Origin: Macrostomum lignano
Taxonomy: Eukaryota
NCBI GenBank assembly: GCA_002269645.1
Contig: NIVC01000272.1
Location: 310,001 to 374,000 of the forward strand
Direction: 5' to 3'
Length of the DNA: 64,000 bases
The notes below the pieces were generated by a model. The model saw only the letters and a list, made by a program, of their open reading frames with translations, did no database searches and had not been told where the DNA came from. The translations under genes and the position numbers were made by a program. Numbering within the stretch: position 1 is the stretch's first letter; every line of letters begins with the position of its first letter. Below are positions 1 through 12,111 of the stretch, piece by piece.

Positions 1-300
1 CCAGTCCCCTAATTACCCACCCAGTCCCCTAATTACCCACCCAGTCCCCTAATTGCCCACCCAATACCCTAATTACCAACACACTCCTAAATACCCACCC
101 AGTCCCCTAATTACCTATCCCAGTCCCTTAATTACCCACCCAGTCCCCTAATTACCCACCCAGTCCCCTAATTACCCACCCAGTCCTCTAATTACCCATC
201 CCAGTCCCCTAATTACCCACCCAGTCCCCTAATTACCTATCCCAGTCCCCTAATTACCCATCCCAGTCCTTTAATTACCCACCTACTCCACTAATTACCC
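1..300. repeat. ~21-22 bp minisatellite (CCCAGTCCCCTAATTACCCA[C/T])
   Basis: Direct tandem copies visible from base 1. Confidence 0.95.
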
Positions 301-780
301 TTTCAACTTTACCAATGAAGATCGAGCTTTCTGTAAACGAAACAAAAATGTTCTGCGAACCGCCATCTTAAAAGCTTTGAGCAGTTTTGCTCGTTGCCTT
401 AAAAGTGCTAAGGACTCATTAAGTAAACATAGAGCTCTTTCTAAGGCAAAATAAGAGTGGCATTGCCTGCATGGCCTTTCCTGCAGTACCAATGGAAATT
501 GCGCGGAATCAGCTTAGGCTCATAGCAACTACTTATTCCAGAACATAATTTTAAGGAGAATTCTCTGCTCTTAAAGAAGCAGGGTTATGCACAAAATTCC
601 AAAAATAGTTTCACCTGAAATTCGTAAAAAGTTGAAGAGATTAGCTGCCTCATTATCCCATACTCTAGTCACTGAGTTGATCTAGCAGAAAAAACTCAGA
701 ACTGTACCCTGGAGAGTTCTCAAGCCAACTTCATGCTCCCCATATACTACTTGCAGCTAAGCCTCCCGGCTCGCAAAGTC

Positions 781-1882
781 ATGTCAATCTGCCGCATCGC
801 CCGCCTGCTGCAGCTCCGGCCGCCGGTCCCCGCCGGCGCCATCTTCACCGCCTCCCGGCGCGCCCTCTCCGGCGACGAGTGGGGCCGCGGCGCCGGCAAA
901 GGTGGCGGCGCCGGCGGCAGCATCCGCGAGGCCGGCGGCACGTTTGGAAAAATGGAGGCCGCCCGAGAGGAGGAGTACTTCCGCCGGCTGCAGAATGAGC
1001 AGCTGTCCAAGCTTAAGGAGCACTTGGAGGACGAGGTGACCGCCAGGAACAGCCTTGGGCTTCTGGGATCGCCCAGTCTCCCCGCGCGTGGAATCGTTGC
1101 TACTTAGTTGCGTTGCTGGGTCAGCCTCCCAGATCCTCAGCTGCCTGGCCTCCCAGATCCTCAGATGCTGGGCCAGCCTCCCAGATCCTCAGATTCTGGG
1201 CCGGCCTCCCAGATCTTCAGCTGCCTGGCCTCCCAGATCCTCAGTTGCCTGGCCTCCCAGATCCTCAGTTGCCTGGCCTCCCAAATCCTCAGTTGCCTGG
1301 CCTCCCAGATCCTCAGTTGCTGGGCCTCCCAGATCCTCAGTTGCTGGGCCGCCCTCCCAGATCCCCAGTTGCTGGGCCGCCTTCCCAGATCCTCAATTGC
1401 TGGGCCAGCCTCCCGGATCCTCAGTTGCCTTGCCTCCCAGATCCTCAGTTGCTGGGCCTCCCAGATCCTCAGTTGCTGGGCCTCCCAGATCCTCAGTTAC
1501 TGGGCCTCCCAGATCCCCAGTTGCTGGGCCGCCCTCCCAGATCCCCAGTTGCTGGGCCGCCTTCCCAGATCCTCAATTGCTGGGCCAGCCTCCCGGATCC
1601 TCAGTTGCCTTGCCTCCCAGATCCTCAGTTGCTGGGCCTCCCAGATCCCCAGTTGCTGGGCCGCCCTCCCAGATCATCAGTTGCCTGGCCTCCCAGATCC
1701 TCAGTTGCTGAGCCAGCATCCCATATCCTCAAACTCATGAGCAGCACTCACCACCCACCCCATGCCAGGTGGACCATCACGAGAATGAGATTGTCCGCCA
1801 CCTGGAGGCCATCCAGCGGCACAAGTCTCGCATGCAGGACCTGAGCCAGAAGGAGCAAGAGGGCAAGAAGAAGGATGATTGA
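781..1882 (+). CDS. ATP5IF1: Mitochondrial ATP synthase inhibitory factor 1; exons 781-1035, 1769-1882
   Basis: [38 protein letters not shown] motif; GT-AG phase-0 intron joins to [19 protein letters not shown] coiled coil; N-terminal targeting-like peptide. Confidence 0.93.
1119..1715. repeat. ~24 bp intronic minisatellite (GCCTCCCAGATCCTCAGTTGCTGG)
   Basis: Tandem copies fill most of the IF1 intron. Confidence 0.95.
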
Positions 1883-2459
1883 AATTGAAAATCGCGTTCG
1901 TGTGTAGTTGTTGGATTTCTGCTTCGAAGAAAAATATGAGAACCTTAAAAAATTGTTGGTAGCGCAGTAGTTTCTCCCCCATTTGTTGATTCTTGTGCGT
2001 TCATTTAGTGACCCCAGCCCCGTAATACTTGGCTTCGATTAGTAAAATAACACATGTGTTGCGAGTTAACCCCGGTTGTCAAGTTATTCAGCTATCTAAA
2101 CTGCTATCTATGTATGCTAACACAACAATAGTTTAGTCATGCTAGTGCAGTGTACATCTCGCATTGGAATCATCTTTACAGCGGCCAAGACCGACTCCCA
2201 GGTGTTAGCCGGCAGTGCCTCCCTGATTCATTTGATCTACTAATAGTAGTTTAATAGGAGCGTAAAATGCGTCATATTGTCCTATTCCCAGTGCGCTAAA
2301 TATATGCACACAGGCTATCAACAGACAACAGTGTAGCCAGATCTGACTTTCCTTCCGTCTACTTTCATCTGTGCGTTCAAAAATTTGTCCTATCGTTTTT
2401 TATTTGTTTTATTAAGTCATCTCAGAACCTTGATGGTCCCAAGATGTATGGAATCGACT

Positions 2460-3410
2460 TTCAGATTCCATAGCCTCCATCCCAGAGTGTGAGATCCCAT
2501 AGCCTCCATCCCAGAGTGAGAGATCCCATAGCTTCCATCCCAGAGTGTGAGATCCCATAGCTTCCACCCCCATAGCTTCCATCCCAGTGTGAGATCCCAT
2601 AGCCTTCATCCTAGAGTGAGAGATCTCATAGCTTTCATCCCAGAGTGTGAGATCTCATAGCTTCCATCCCAGAGTGTGAGATCCCATAGCTTTCATCCCA
2701 GAGTGTGAGATCTCATAGCTTCCATCCCAGAGTGAGAGATCCCATAGCTTCCACCCCATAGCTTCCATCCCAGTGTGAGATCCCATAGCCTTCATCCTAG
2801 AGTGAGAGATCTCATAGCTTTCATCCCAGAGTGTGAGATCTCATAGCTTCCATCCTAGAGTGTGAGATCCCATAGCTTCCACCCCCATAGCTTCCATCCC
2901 AGTGTGAGATCCCATAGCCTTCATCCTAGAGTGAGAGATCTCATAGCTTCCATCCCAGAGTGAGAGATCCCATAGCTTCCACCCCATAGCTTCCATCCCA
3001 GTGTGAGATCCCATAGCCTTCATCCTAGAGTGAGAGATCTCATAGCTTTCATCCCAGAGTGTGAGATCTCATAGCTTCCATCCTAGAGTGTGAGATCCCA
3101 TAGCTTCCACCCCCATAGCTTCCATCCCAGTGTGAGATCCCATAGCCTTCATCCTAGAGTGAGAGATCTCATAGCTTCCATCCCAGAGTGAGAGATCCCA
3201 TAGCTTCCACCCCCCATAGCTTCCATCCCAGTGTGAGATCCCATAGCCTTCATCCTAGAGTGAGAGATCTCATAGCTTTCATCCCAGAGTGTGAGATCTC
3301 ATAGCTTCCATCCCATAGTGATATCCCATAGCTCCCATCCCATAGTTATATCCCATAGCTTCCATCCCATAGTGATATCCCACAGCTTCCATCCCATAGT
3401 GAAATCCCAC
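2460..3410. repeat. ~27-29 bp minisatellite (AGATCCCATAGCTTCCATCCCAGAGTGTG) with higher-order variants
   Basis: Tandem copies. Confidence 0.95.
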
Positions 3411-3486
3411 AAACTTTGCTCCTAAAAGTATCTGCGAAACCCTTATAAAAGTGCGAGATGAGTTTTAACCCCAGAGTGTAGGGTTT

Positions 3487-4296
3487 TTGCACGAAGAGAG
3501 TCTCTCAGTAGGCATCGAACTCGCGACCGCACCGCAGCAGCCGGACAAGCGCATATTCGTGTACCCGGGCGAGGCCCAGCTGGTACCGGCCCTGGCCGAC
3601 CTGGTTGCCTCGGTGATCGGCGACTGTCTGGACAGGCGCGGCCGCTGCACCGTCGGGCTGTCGGGCGGCAGCCTGGTGGACTTCCTGACTCGCGGCCTCG
3701 CCAAGTCGGCCATCGACTGGCGCCGGGTGACGCTGTTCTACTGCGACGAGCGGCTCGTCCCCCTGGACGATCCCGAGCGGACGCACGCCCAGTTCGCCAA
3801 GTCCCTGCTGGCGCCAGGCACCGGCGCCTCCGCCGCCCGCGTCCTCGTTGTCGACGCCAGCCTGGCACCCGAGGCGGCCGCCAAGGACTACGAGGAGCAG
3901 CTCCGGGCCGCTGGCATCCTGGACGACGGGCCGGACCTCATGCTGCTGGGGCTCGGGCCCGACGGCCACACCTGCTCCCTGTTCCCCGACCACATCGCCC
4001 TCAGCGAGCAGCGGCCCGGCGTTGCCGCGGTGCTCGACTCGCCGAAGCCGCCGCCAGCCCGAGTCACTTGCACTCTGCCGCTCATCAACCGGTCCGGCGC
4101 CGTTATCTTCGCGCTGACCGGCCGGGGCAAAGCAGCCGCCGTTGCCCGCCTGCTTGGCAAGGCGGACAGCGCGGACGGTGACGGCTGCCCGCTGCCGCCG
4201 AGCACCCGGGCGCCAGCCTCGCTGGTCCGGCCGTCCAGAGGCAGGCTGTTCTTCCTGCTGGACTCGGAGGCTGCGGCCGAGTACTCGGCTGAGTGA
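3487..4296 (+). CDS. PGLS: 6-phosphogluconolactonase, intronless; start codon unresolved
   Basis: GLSGGS, FYCDER, DLMLLGLGPDGHTCSLFP, PKPPPARVTCTLPLIN and TGRGKA motifs. Confidence 0.92.
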   Translation: MHEESLSVGIELATAPQQPDKRIFVYPGEAQLVPALADLVASVIGDCLDRRGRCTVGLSGGSLVDFLTRGLAKSAIDWRRVTLFYCDERLVPLDDPERTHAQFAKSLLAPGTGASAARVLVVDASLAPEAAAKDYEEQLRAAGILDDGPDLMLLGLGPDGHTCSLFPDHIALSEQRPGVAAVLDSPKPPPARVTCTLPLINRSGAVIFALTGRGKAAAVARLLGKADSADGDGCPLPPSTRAPASLVRPSRGRLFFLLDSEAAAEYSAE

Positions 4297-4419
4297 TCAC
4301 CAAAACTATTCCGGATTTTATGCACTTTCTTTCTAGCGATTAACCCAGCCTTTTTCACGGGTCACCGAGTGGACTCGAGTGACCCAAATCTCCTGTGTCC
4401 CCTTGGTTAGCATCCATCT

Positions 4420-4660
4420 TCTGTGTCCGGCATTGACCATCTCCTGTGTCCGGGATTGACCTCCATATCCTGTGTCCGGGATTGACCTCCATCTCCCTTG
4501 TCCGGGATTGACCTCCATCTCCCTTGTCCGGGATTGACCTCCATCTCCCTTGTCCGGGATTGACCTCCATCTCCCTTGTCTGGGATTGACCTCCATCTCC
4601 CTTGTCCGGGATTGACCTACATCTCCCATGTCCGGGATTGATCTCCCTCTCCTGTGTCCT
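4420..4660. repeat. 26 bp minisatellite (CCGGGATTGACCTCCATCTCCCTTGT)
   Basis: Tandem copies. Confidence 0.9.
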
Positions 4661-5234
4661 TATTTGACCCCATCTCGTGATCTTGAAAAAAACTATGCCT
4701 TCAGTTTCTTCGAGTGACTCCGTCTCGTGAGTTATCGAGTAGCCCAGTCTTTCCTGTCCTTGACTGATGTCCTGAAGTGAGCCTACTGATCCCTTGTCCT
4801 CGTTTGAACCCATCCCTGTGCCCTAACGAGATCTTGTGCATTAAATAGGCCTTTGCTTTTATTTCTGAGCCCCACTCGGCTCGGATCACCGCGCCAGATG
4901 CGCTATAATAAACCGTATTGTTTATCACTCTCTGCCCCAGCGGTTTTGGCGTCACTGTTTGCTTCAATTTCCAATTTAATTCGTGACTACTCGTAGAAGC
5001 GCGCCTGCTGAGTGCTTCTCAGCTTGGAGTAGCCTAAGAACTTTTTAATAGGATATTTTTGTAGGCTGCATTTTGTCTGTTTTGCGGTTCGTTTTTAGCT
5101 GTTGTTCGTTTATTTATTATTCGAATCCTGTGTTTCTCTGGCCTTTAATTGATTCAAACCCCGGTTTAGAAATTGACTTCTGCTACGCTCGTACGTTGAC
5201 CTTCGTTCCCGTGAAATAGTCCTAGCAATTGCCC

Positions 5235-6482
5235 TGGGAATCGCATCAAAATCGCCCTGAGAATCGCCCAGAGAATCGCCCCGAGAATCACCCCGAGAAT
5301 CGCCCTAATAATATCCTTGAGAATTGCCCTGAGAATCGCCCCGAGAATCGCCCTGAGAATCGCCCTAATAATATCCTTGAGAATCGCCTTGAGAATCGCC
5401 CCGAGAATCACCCCGAGAATCGCCCTGAGAATCGCCCCGAGAATTGCCCTGAGAATCGCCCTGATAATATCCTTGAGAATCACCCCGAGAATCGCCCCGA
5501 GAATCGCCCTGATAATCGCCCCGAGAATCGCCCTGAGAATCGCCCTGATAATATCCTTGAGAATCACCCCGAGAATCGCCCCGAGAATCACCCCGAGAAT
5601 CGCCCTGAGAATCGCCCTAATAATATCCTTGAGAATTGCCCTGAGAATCGCCTCGAGAATCGCCCTGAGAATCGCCCTAATAATATCCTTGAGAATTGCC
5701 CTGAGAATCGCCCTGAGAATCGCCCTGATAATATCCTTGAGAATCGCCCTAATAATATCCTTGAGAATTGCCCTGAGAATCGCCTCGAGAATCGCCCTGA
5801 GAATCGCCCTAATAATATCCTTGAGAATTGCCCTGAGAATCGCCCTGATAATATCCTTGAGAATCGCCCTAATAATATCCTTGAGAATTGCCCTGAGAAT
5901 CGCCTCGAGAATCCCCCTGAGAATCGCCCTGATAATATCCTTGAGAATCGCCCCGAGAATCGCCCTGATAATATCCTTGAGAATCACCCCGAGAATCGCC
6001 CCGAGAATCGCCCTGATAATCGCCCCGAGAATCGCCCTGAGAATCACCCTGATAATATCCTTGAGAATCACCCCGAGAATCGCCCCGAGAATCACCCCGA
6101 GAATCGCCCTGAGAATCGCCCTAATAATATCCTTGAGAATTACCCTGAGAATCGCCTCGAGAATCGCCCTGAGAATCGCCCTAATAATATCCTTGAGAAT
6201 TGCCCTGAGAATCGCCCTGAGAATCGCCCTGATAATATCCTTGAGAATCGCCCTAATAATATCCTTGAGAATTGCCCTGAGAATCGCCTCGAGAATCGCC
6301 CTGAGAATCGCCCTAATAATATCCTTGAGAATTGCCCTGAGAATCGCCCTGATAATATCCTTGAGAATCGCCCTAATAATATCCTTGAGAATTGCCCTGA
6401 GAATCGCCTCGAGAATCCCCCTGAGAATCGCCCTGATAATATCCTTGAGAATCGCCCCGAGAATCACCCCCAGAATCGCCCT
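5235..6482. repeat. 12 bp-based minisatellite (GAGAATCGCCCT / AATAATATCCTT)
   Basis: Tandem 12-mers with variant units. Confidence 0.95.
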
Positions 6483-6954
6483 GGTTGAAGTATTTTATGG
6501 AATTATTAAGTGTTGACGTTTTAAGCTGCTGTCTCGAATTCGCATACAATTATTTATTATTATTTATTTAATTGATTTTCGCTACTTAATTTATCAATCT
6601 ATTCAACCTTTTCCGCTAACGTCAGTAGTATATCTATAATATAATATGAGCGTATATAAAGCTATACTTTAATTTTTGTTCTGACTTTCGCAATTGATTT
6701 ATAAATGTGTCTGCCATTTAGCCATAATATTAATGCTAAATTACCAGCTAATCTTGCGCGTCTCTGTTTATTATGTATCAAATTTATTGCATTAGCAGGC
6801 GGTTAAAAATCAATTTTACGTGTGTGTCACGCGTTCCGTGTCTGCATTTAAACAGAGTTTCACCTCCAACCAATAAACTCTCCATCTGTCACCCAGACTA
6901 GCCAGGAACAAGCCAGACTCTTCTGATTTAGCGTTCAGTTTGCCCCTCTCTAAT

Positions 6955-7365
6955 TGCTGTCTGTCTTTGTGTCCGTGTCTTTGTCTGTATGTCTGTGCGT
7001 CTTTGTGTCAGTGTCTTTGTGTCCGTGTGTCTTTGTCTATGCGTCGTTGTGTCCGTGTGTCTTTGTCCGTTTTTCTTTGTCTATGCGTATTTGTGTCCGT
7101 GAGTCTTTGTGTCAGTGTTTTTTGTGTCCGCGCGTCTTTTGTGTCCGCGTGTCTTTGTCTGTGCATCTTTGTGTCCATGCGTCGTCTTTGTATCCGTGTG
7201 TCTTTTTGTCAGTGTTTTTTGATTGACCGCCCTATGATTTGAGATTTAATCGCCCTATGATTCGGGATTTGTCAGTGTTTTTTGTGTCCGCGCGTCTTTG
7301 TTTGTGCGTCTTTGTGTCCATGCGTCGTCTTTGTGTCCGTGTGTCTGTGTCTTTGTGTCCGCGTC
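6955..7365. repeat. Degenerate TGTGTC/CTTT low-complexity repeat
   Basis: Repeated TCTTTGTGTCCGTG-like units. Confidence 0.8.
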
Positions 7366-7907
7366 CAGCTTTTAATTTGGCAAGCACCATTAGCCAGCTA
7401 AAACTGCAGCAAAATTGGTTTGCCTTTTTGACTTCCAATTCTTTGTTCGTCTGTTCGACATGAAAACTGACTGAAAATCTGCTTCTGAAGCCGGCTTCTA
7501 GCAGCTCTTATGAGTCCCTTCTCGACTACCAGAGTAGCGAGTGAGAGGTAAAGGGGCGGTTTTTAGATATAACCATAGATAATAAAAACAGTATCTGTTT
7601 TTAGTTTTAGTATCTGTGGATATAACCAACCGCCCTATGATTTGAGGTATAATTGTCCTATGATTTGGATTTGAAATCGCCCTATGATTCGGGATTTGGA
7701 ATGGCCCAGTGCTTAAAGAGCCAAACAGTGATGCTGATGCGATTGAAACTATTTTTCTCCAAATTCCCAGTCTCGAAACAAGCAAGCAGGCAAACGAATG
7801 CTCTGGGGCAAAATGGAAACTTTGTACTGCAACCAAACAGCTAGAAATATATTTGAGTGCAGCTGGTAAACAGTTCTAGTCAGCTGTAATTAAGGCGCAA
7901 CTAAGCC

Positions 7908-10900
7908 TTAGCCAACTGTCCGTGCTGGCAGCAGCAGGTAAATCCCCAGCACCAGCAGCCCGGAGGTGGCCAGCGAAGCTCCGATCAGCACGAAGGTGGC
8001 GTTGTAGCTGCCTGTCTTGTCGAACACCGCGCCTGCAGTTGGGGGGATGACAATTCCCCGTGCTAGTCAAGTTTTTACATAAAAGTCAGCACTCATTGTA
8101 AACCAATCAGAAATCTGTCCGCACTCATTGTGGACCAATCAGAAATCTGTCCGCACTCATTGTGGACCAATCAGAAATCAGTGTGCACTCATTGTGAACC
8201 AATCAGAAATCAGTGTGCACTCAATAGGGGACCAATCAGAAATCAGTGTGCACTCATTGTGAACCAATCAGAAATCAGTCGCACTATCTCATTGTGGACC
8301 AATCAGAAATCAGTCGCACTATCTCATTGTGGACCAATCAGAAATCAGTGTGCACTCATTGTGGACCAATCAGAAATCAGTGTGCACTCAAAGTAGACCC
8401 ATCAAGTCACTGTGTACTCATTGGTGGACCAATCAGACATCAGTGTGCACTCAAAGTAGACCCATCAGAAGTCACTGTACACTCATTGTGGACCAATCAG
8501 AAATCAGTGTGCACAGCTCATTGTGGACCAATCAGACATAAGTGTGCACTCAAAGTAGACCCATCAGAAGTCACTGTGCACTCACAGTGGACCAATCAGC
8601 GATCGGCGCGTATATATGACACTCACCGGCCAAAGGTGGACCAAGCAGAACGCCGAACCCTTGGAAAATTGATTGGCGAGCAAATACATAAAACAAGCGT
8701 CTTGTTCCATCCAGATAAACTGTAATCAGCGTTGTCAAGGAGACCGCTCCGCCTGTTAAATGCGGGCTAAAATTTATTACTAGCTTATGCTTGGCATACT
8801 ACTCACTACATATGCATGAAGTAGTCTGTTAAAAATCCAAAACTAGGCACCCAGACCTACACCGCTCACCAACAAAGCACCAGGCGGCGCCCAAGCAGGC
8901 TGCCAGAGCTGCGAAGCCCTTCGCTGCCAGGCTGGCACCGACCAGGCAGCCGCCGGCCAGCAGCGCCAGCCCGTAGATGGCCAGCGGCGATGCCAGGCCG
9001 CGGTCGCCGAGGCAGCCGAAGCCGAGCCGGCCGGCCATGCTGCAGGCGGACAGGACGGCCAGCAGGGCGGCGGCGCGGCCCTGGCCGAAGCCGAGGTGAA
9101 GGCAGCGGTCGGCCGTGTAGGCGAAGAAGGCTGGCGCCGCCGAGGCCAGCAGGAATCGGGACGCGTGGAAGGCCAGCAAGGCGGGGTTTCGGCATCGGCG
9201 AAGTTGCCGACAGACGGTGGTGGCGGCCGCTGCTGCCGCGGCTCCGACGTTGTGCTCGGCGCTGGGCGGCAGGCAGGTGGGGAAGGGCAGCGCGGGCAGG
9301 CAGGGCAAGGGGCCGAGCAGCGAGTCGGCCAGCCAGCCAGCGGATGAGGCGCTGCCTGGATTGGCGCCGTTCGTGGTCGCTGCAGTCACCGCGGCGTCGG
9401 CTGCTTCGGCCGGGTTATGCCTGGAAATTGGCGAGTCCCCGTTGAGCACGCGGCTCTCGCTGGTCGAAGTCTTCGGCTGCTCCGGCGACTGGTCGGCGTG
9501 CTGCTCCGGCTGCGGCTGCAGGGGCCGCATGAGCAGGCAGCAGGGCACCGTGTGCAGGTAGATGGCGCTTGACAACAGCAGGGTGCCCTGCCACCCGTAC
9601 CTGTTAATCAGGTGCGCCACTAGGGGGCTCAGAGCGAGACCGCCTGCGTTGATTGACAAGTTTGAACTGTTTTTGGTTGCTATATGGGTTTTATGGCTTT
9701 GGTTATACTACATGTAGCTTTGACCTTCTTAGCTTTTTCATTTAACAAATGTACCGTAATTATTCATAAATTTTCGCTAGAGGGAATTTTGCGATCATGA
9801 ATCACTCCAGTCTACTCGTATTTTATGGCATCAGTGTGTTATAGTAAGCATGAGCTCAGCAACCAAACACATTGCAACCACATGCATGTAGTAACAACAT
9901 GCATGTAGCAGCCACAGGCATAGCAGCCACATGCATAGCAACCACATGCATAGCAAACACATGCATAACAACCACACGCATAGCAACCACACCCATAGCA
10001 ACCACAGCCATAGCAACCACAGCCATAGCAACCACAGCCATAGCAACCACACGCAAGCAACCACACCCATAGCAACCACAGCCATAGCAACCACACTCAA
10101 GCAACCACACTGATTAGAACCACACGCATAAACAACACCCATAGCAACCACACACATAGCAACCGTACGCCTAGCAACCAGACCCATAGCAACCACAGCC
10201 TTAGCAACAACACGCATAGCAACCACACCCATAGCAACCACACCCATGGCAACCACACTCATAGCAACCACACCAATGGCAACCATACCCATAGCAACCA
10301 CACCCATGGCAACCACACCCATAGCAACCACACGCATACAAACCATATAATTAAAGCCACTTGGAGCGCAATTACGAGTATTTGCAATAGAAATTCATTC
10401 CACTAATCCAGCAGCTCACCGAGTCCCGAGCCGCACAGGGCGATGCCGCTTGCTGTGGCCCGCAGCCGGTCAAAGTACGTGCAAATTGTGACCATGCAGA
10501 TGAGGAAGCAGGTGCCAACGCCGGGACCTGAGTGTCAAAATACGAAATATCGATCTAAATGTTTTTCTGCGGCAGACAACTGTCACTAATAAAAAAGCGT
10601 CTAAACTGACCGGTTACCATGCCAACCGTGAGGAACAGGTGCCAGGTCTGGCTGGCGAAGGAGGCGGCGAAGAAGCCCAAGAAGGTCAGACAGCCGGCAG
10701 CTGCGCCAACGAGCCGAACGTCTACGAGTCGGCAGACCAAGGCGGAGAGCGGGCCTGGAGTGCGAGTGATGTGCGATTGGGGTGCGAGTGATGTGCGATT
10801 GGGATGGCGAGTGATGTGCGATTGGGGTGCGAGTGATGTGCCATTGGGGTGCGAGTGATGTGCGATTGGGGTGCGAGTGATGTGTCATTGGGGTGCGAGT

Positions 10901-11258
10901 GATGTGCGATGGGGTGCGAGTGAAGTGCCATTGGGGTGCGAGTGACGTGCGGTTGTGGTGCATATAATAAGAAGATGAGGGTAGTGCAAGATGAGTCACT
11001 GGGAATCGCGCATGTTCATCAGCAGCCCGGTCGCTCACACACGAAGAACATGCAGGCGCACTTCAGCGACACGATCCAGCCGATGCTCTGCCTGCTGGCA
11101 CCCAGCTGCTGGATGATCTCCGCCGACACCAGGCCGAACGAGTTCTCGATGCCTTCGCAGACGAAGTACACCGAGAAGGCGCCGGCCAGCACCAGCCAGC
11201 TCCAGCCGCCGTCGGGCGCCGGGACGCGCCGGGCCATTGGACAGCGCGGGGATTCCAT
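7908..11258 (-). CDS. Monocarboxylate transporter (SLC16 family, MFS); exons 11039-11258, 10611-10754, 10420-10527, 8870-9643, 7908-8032
   Basis: APDGGWSW, YFDRLRATASGIALCGSG, LINRYGWQG and AVFDKTGSY motifs; GT-AG phase-1 introns join in frame. Confidence 0.88.
8085..8600. repeat. ~32 bp minisatellite containing GACCAATCAG in most units
   Basis: Tandem GCACTCATTGTGGACCAATCAGAAATCAGTGT in the last SLC16 intron. Confidence 0.9.
9860..10340. repeat. 15 bp intronic minisatellite (ATAGCAACCACACCC)
   Basis: Tandem copies in SLC16 intron 3. Confidence 0.93.
10760..10950. repeat. 22 bp intronic minisatellite (GCGAGTGATGTGCGATTGGGGT)
   Basis: Tandem copies abutting the SLC16 exon 2 acceptor. Confidence 0.93.
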
Positions 11259-11579
11259 TATAACTGATGGGGAGTCGCAGCTGGCGACTCGAACTCGCGG
11301 AATCCGCAACCCGAATTGGCAGATGCCGCAACCGACTGTGTTGACTACTCAGGTTTAATCTCTAATCTGTATATTCACCAGCTGCTAAGCAAGTATATAA
11401 TTTTGCATGCGGTTCGCCTCAAACTTCTTCATTTTTGCGTTCTGGTCATAGACAGTTCGGCAAATGGCAGATTTGGTATCTGTGAAGACGGGCTACTGGG
11501 AAGCTGCCGGCTTAAGGATGTGTATACAGGTATGATATTCCTCTTGACTTTAACTTTGCAGCGAGGAGGCGGCGGAGAC

Positions 11580-12110
11580 CGCCCATTCCGCTAGCCCCTG
11601 GCGACCAATGACTTCATAGAAGGGACGTCTCTAGGGGGGGGGGGAAGAGAAGAACAACTCAGCTCGTCCCGGTCCCTGAGGTGCTGGGCAAGCAGCGGGA
11701 TGCTCTCGGGCCTGCAAACGTCGGAGAGAACCGGGTTTGGCCCGAGGTGAGTGAGCCTGGCCCCGGTGAAGACCGGGCAGTGACAGATAAAATGCTCGGC
11801 GTTTTCACTGCCTGAGCGGCAGAAGGGGCACCGCTCCTCGGGTACTTGGCCCTGAAGGAAGCGGTGGCGAGAGAAGCAGCCATGCCCGGAGAGGGCCATG
11901 CTGACTGCTCTGAGGTCTCTGCGGTTGAGCCTGAGGAGGGCTCTGCGCAGGAGGGGGCGGACAGGGGACGGCAGCACGGGATTGCGTGCTCAGGAAAAGG
12001 GTGGCTGGGATCGAATCCGTGAGGATGTTGAGCCCGCCACAATCCTCGAGAGTCTTGAGGCAGAGGTCAGAGTGCGGGATAAGCGACCGCTTCTTAAAGG
12101 CCCGCATATT
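11580..12110 (-). mobile_element. 3' fragment of a non-LTR retrotransposon ORF2 (C-terminal zinc knuckle, I/LOA/R1-like)
   Basis: LSGHGCFSRH...CPFCRSGSENAEHFICHCP matches the LINE C-terminal CCHC region. Confidence 0.75.
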
Positions 12111-12111
12111 G

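Noticed and set aside
1-300. Telomere-like C-rich repeat
   Set aside because: Unit is 21-22 bp, not (CCCTAA)n
1055-1844. Three overlapping 210-243 aa ORFs
   Set aside because: Translations of the 24-bp repeat inside the IF1 intron
5166-6516. 400+ aa ORFs on both strands (ENRP and ILRA repeats)
   Set aside because: By-product of a stop-free 12-bp-unit minisatellite; no unique coding flanks or splice context
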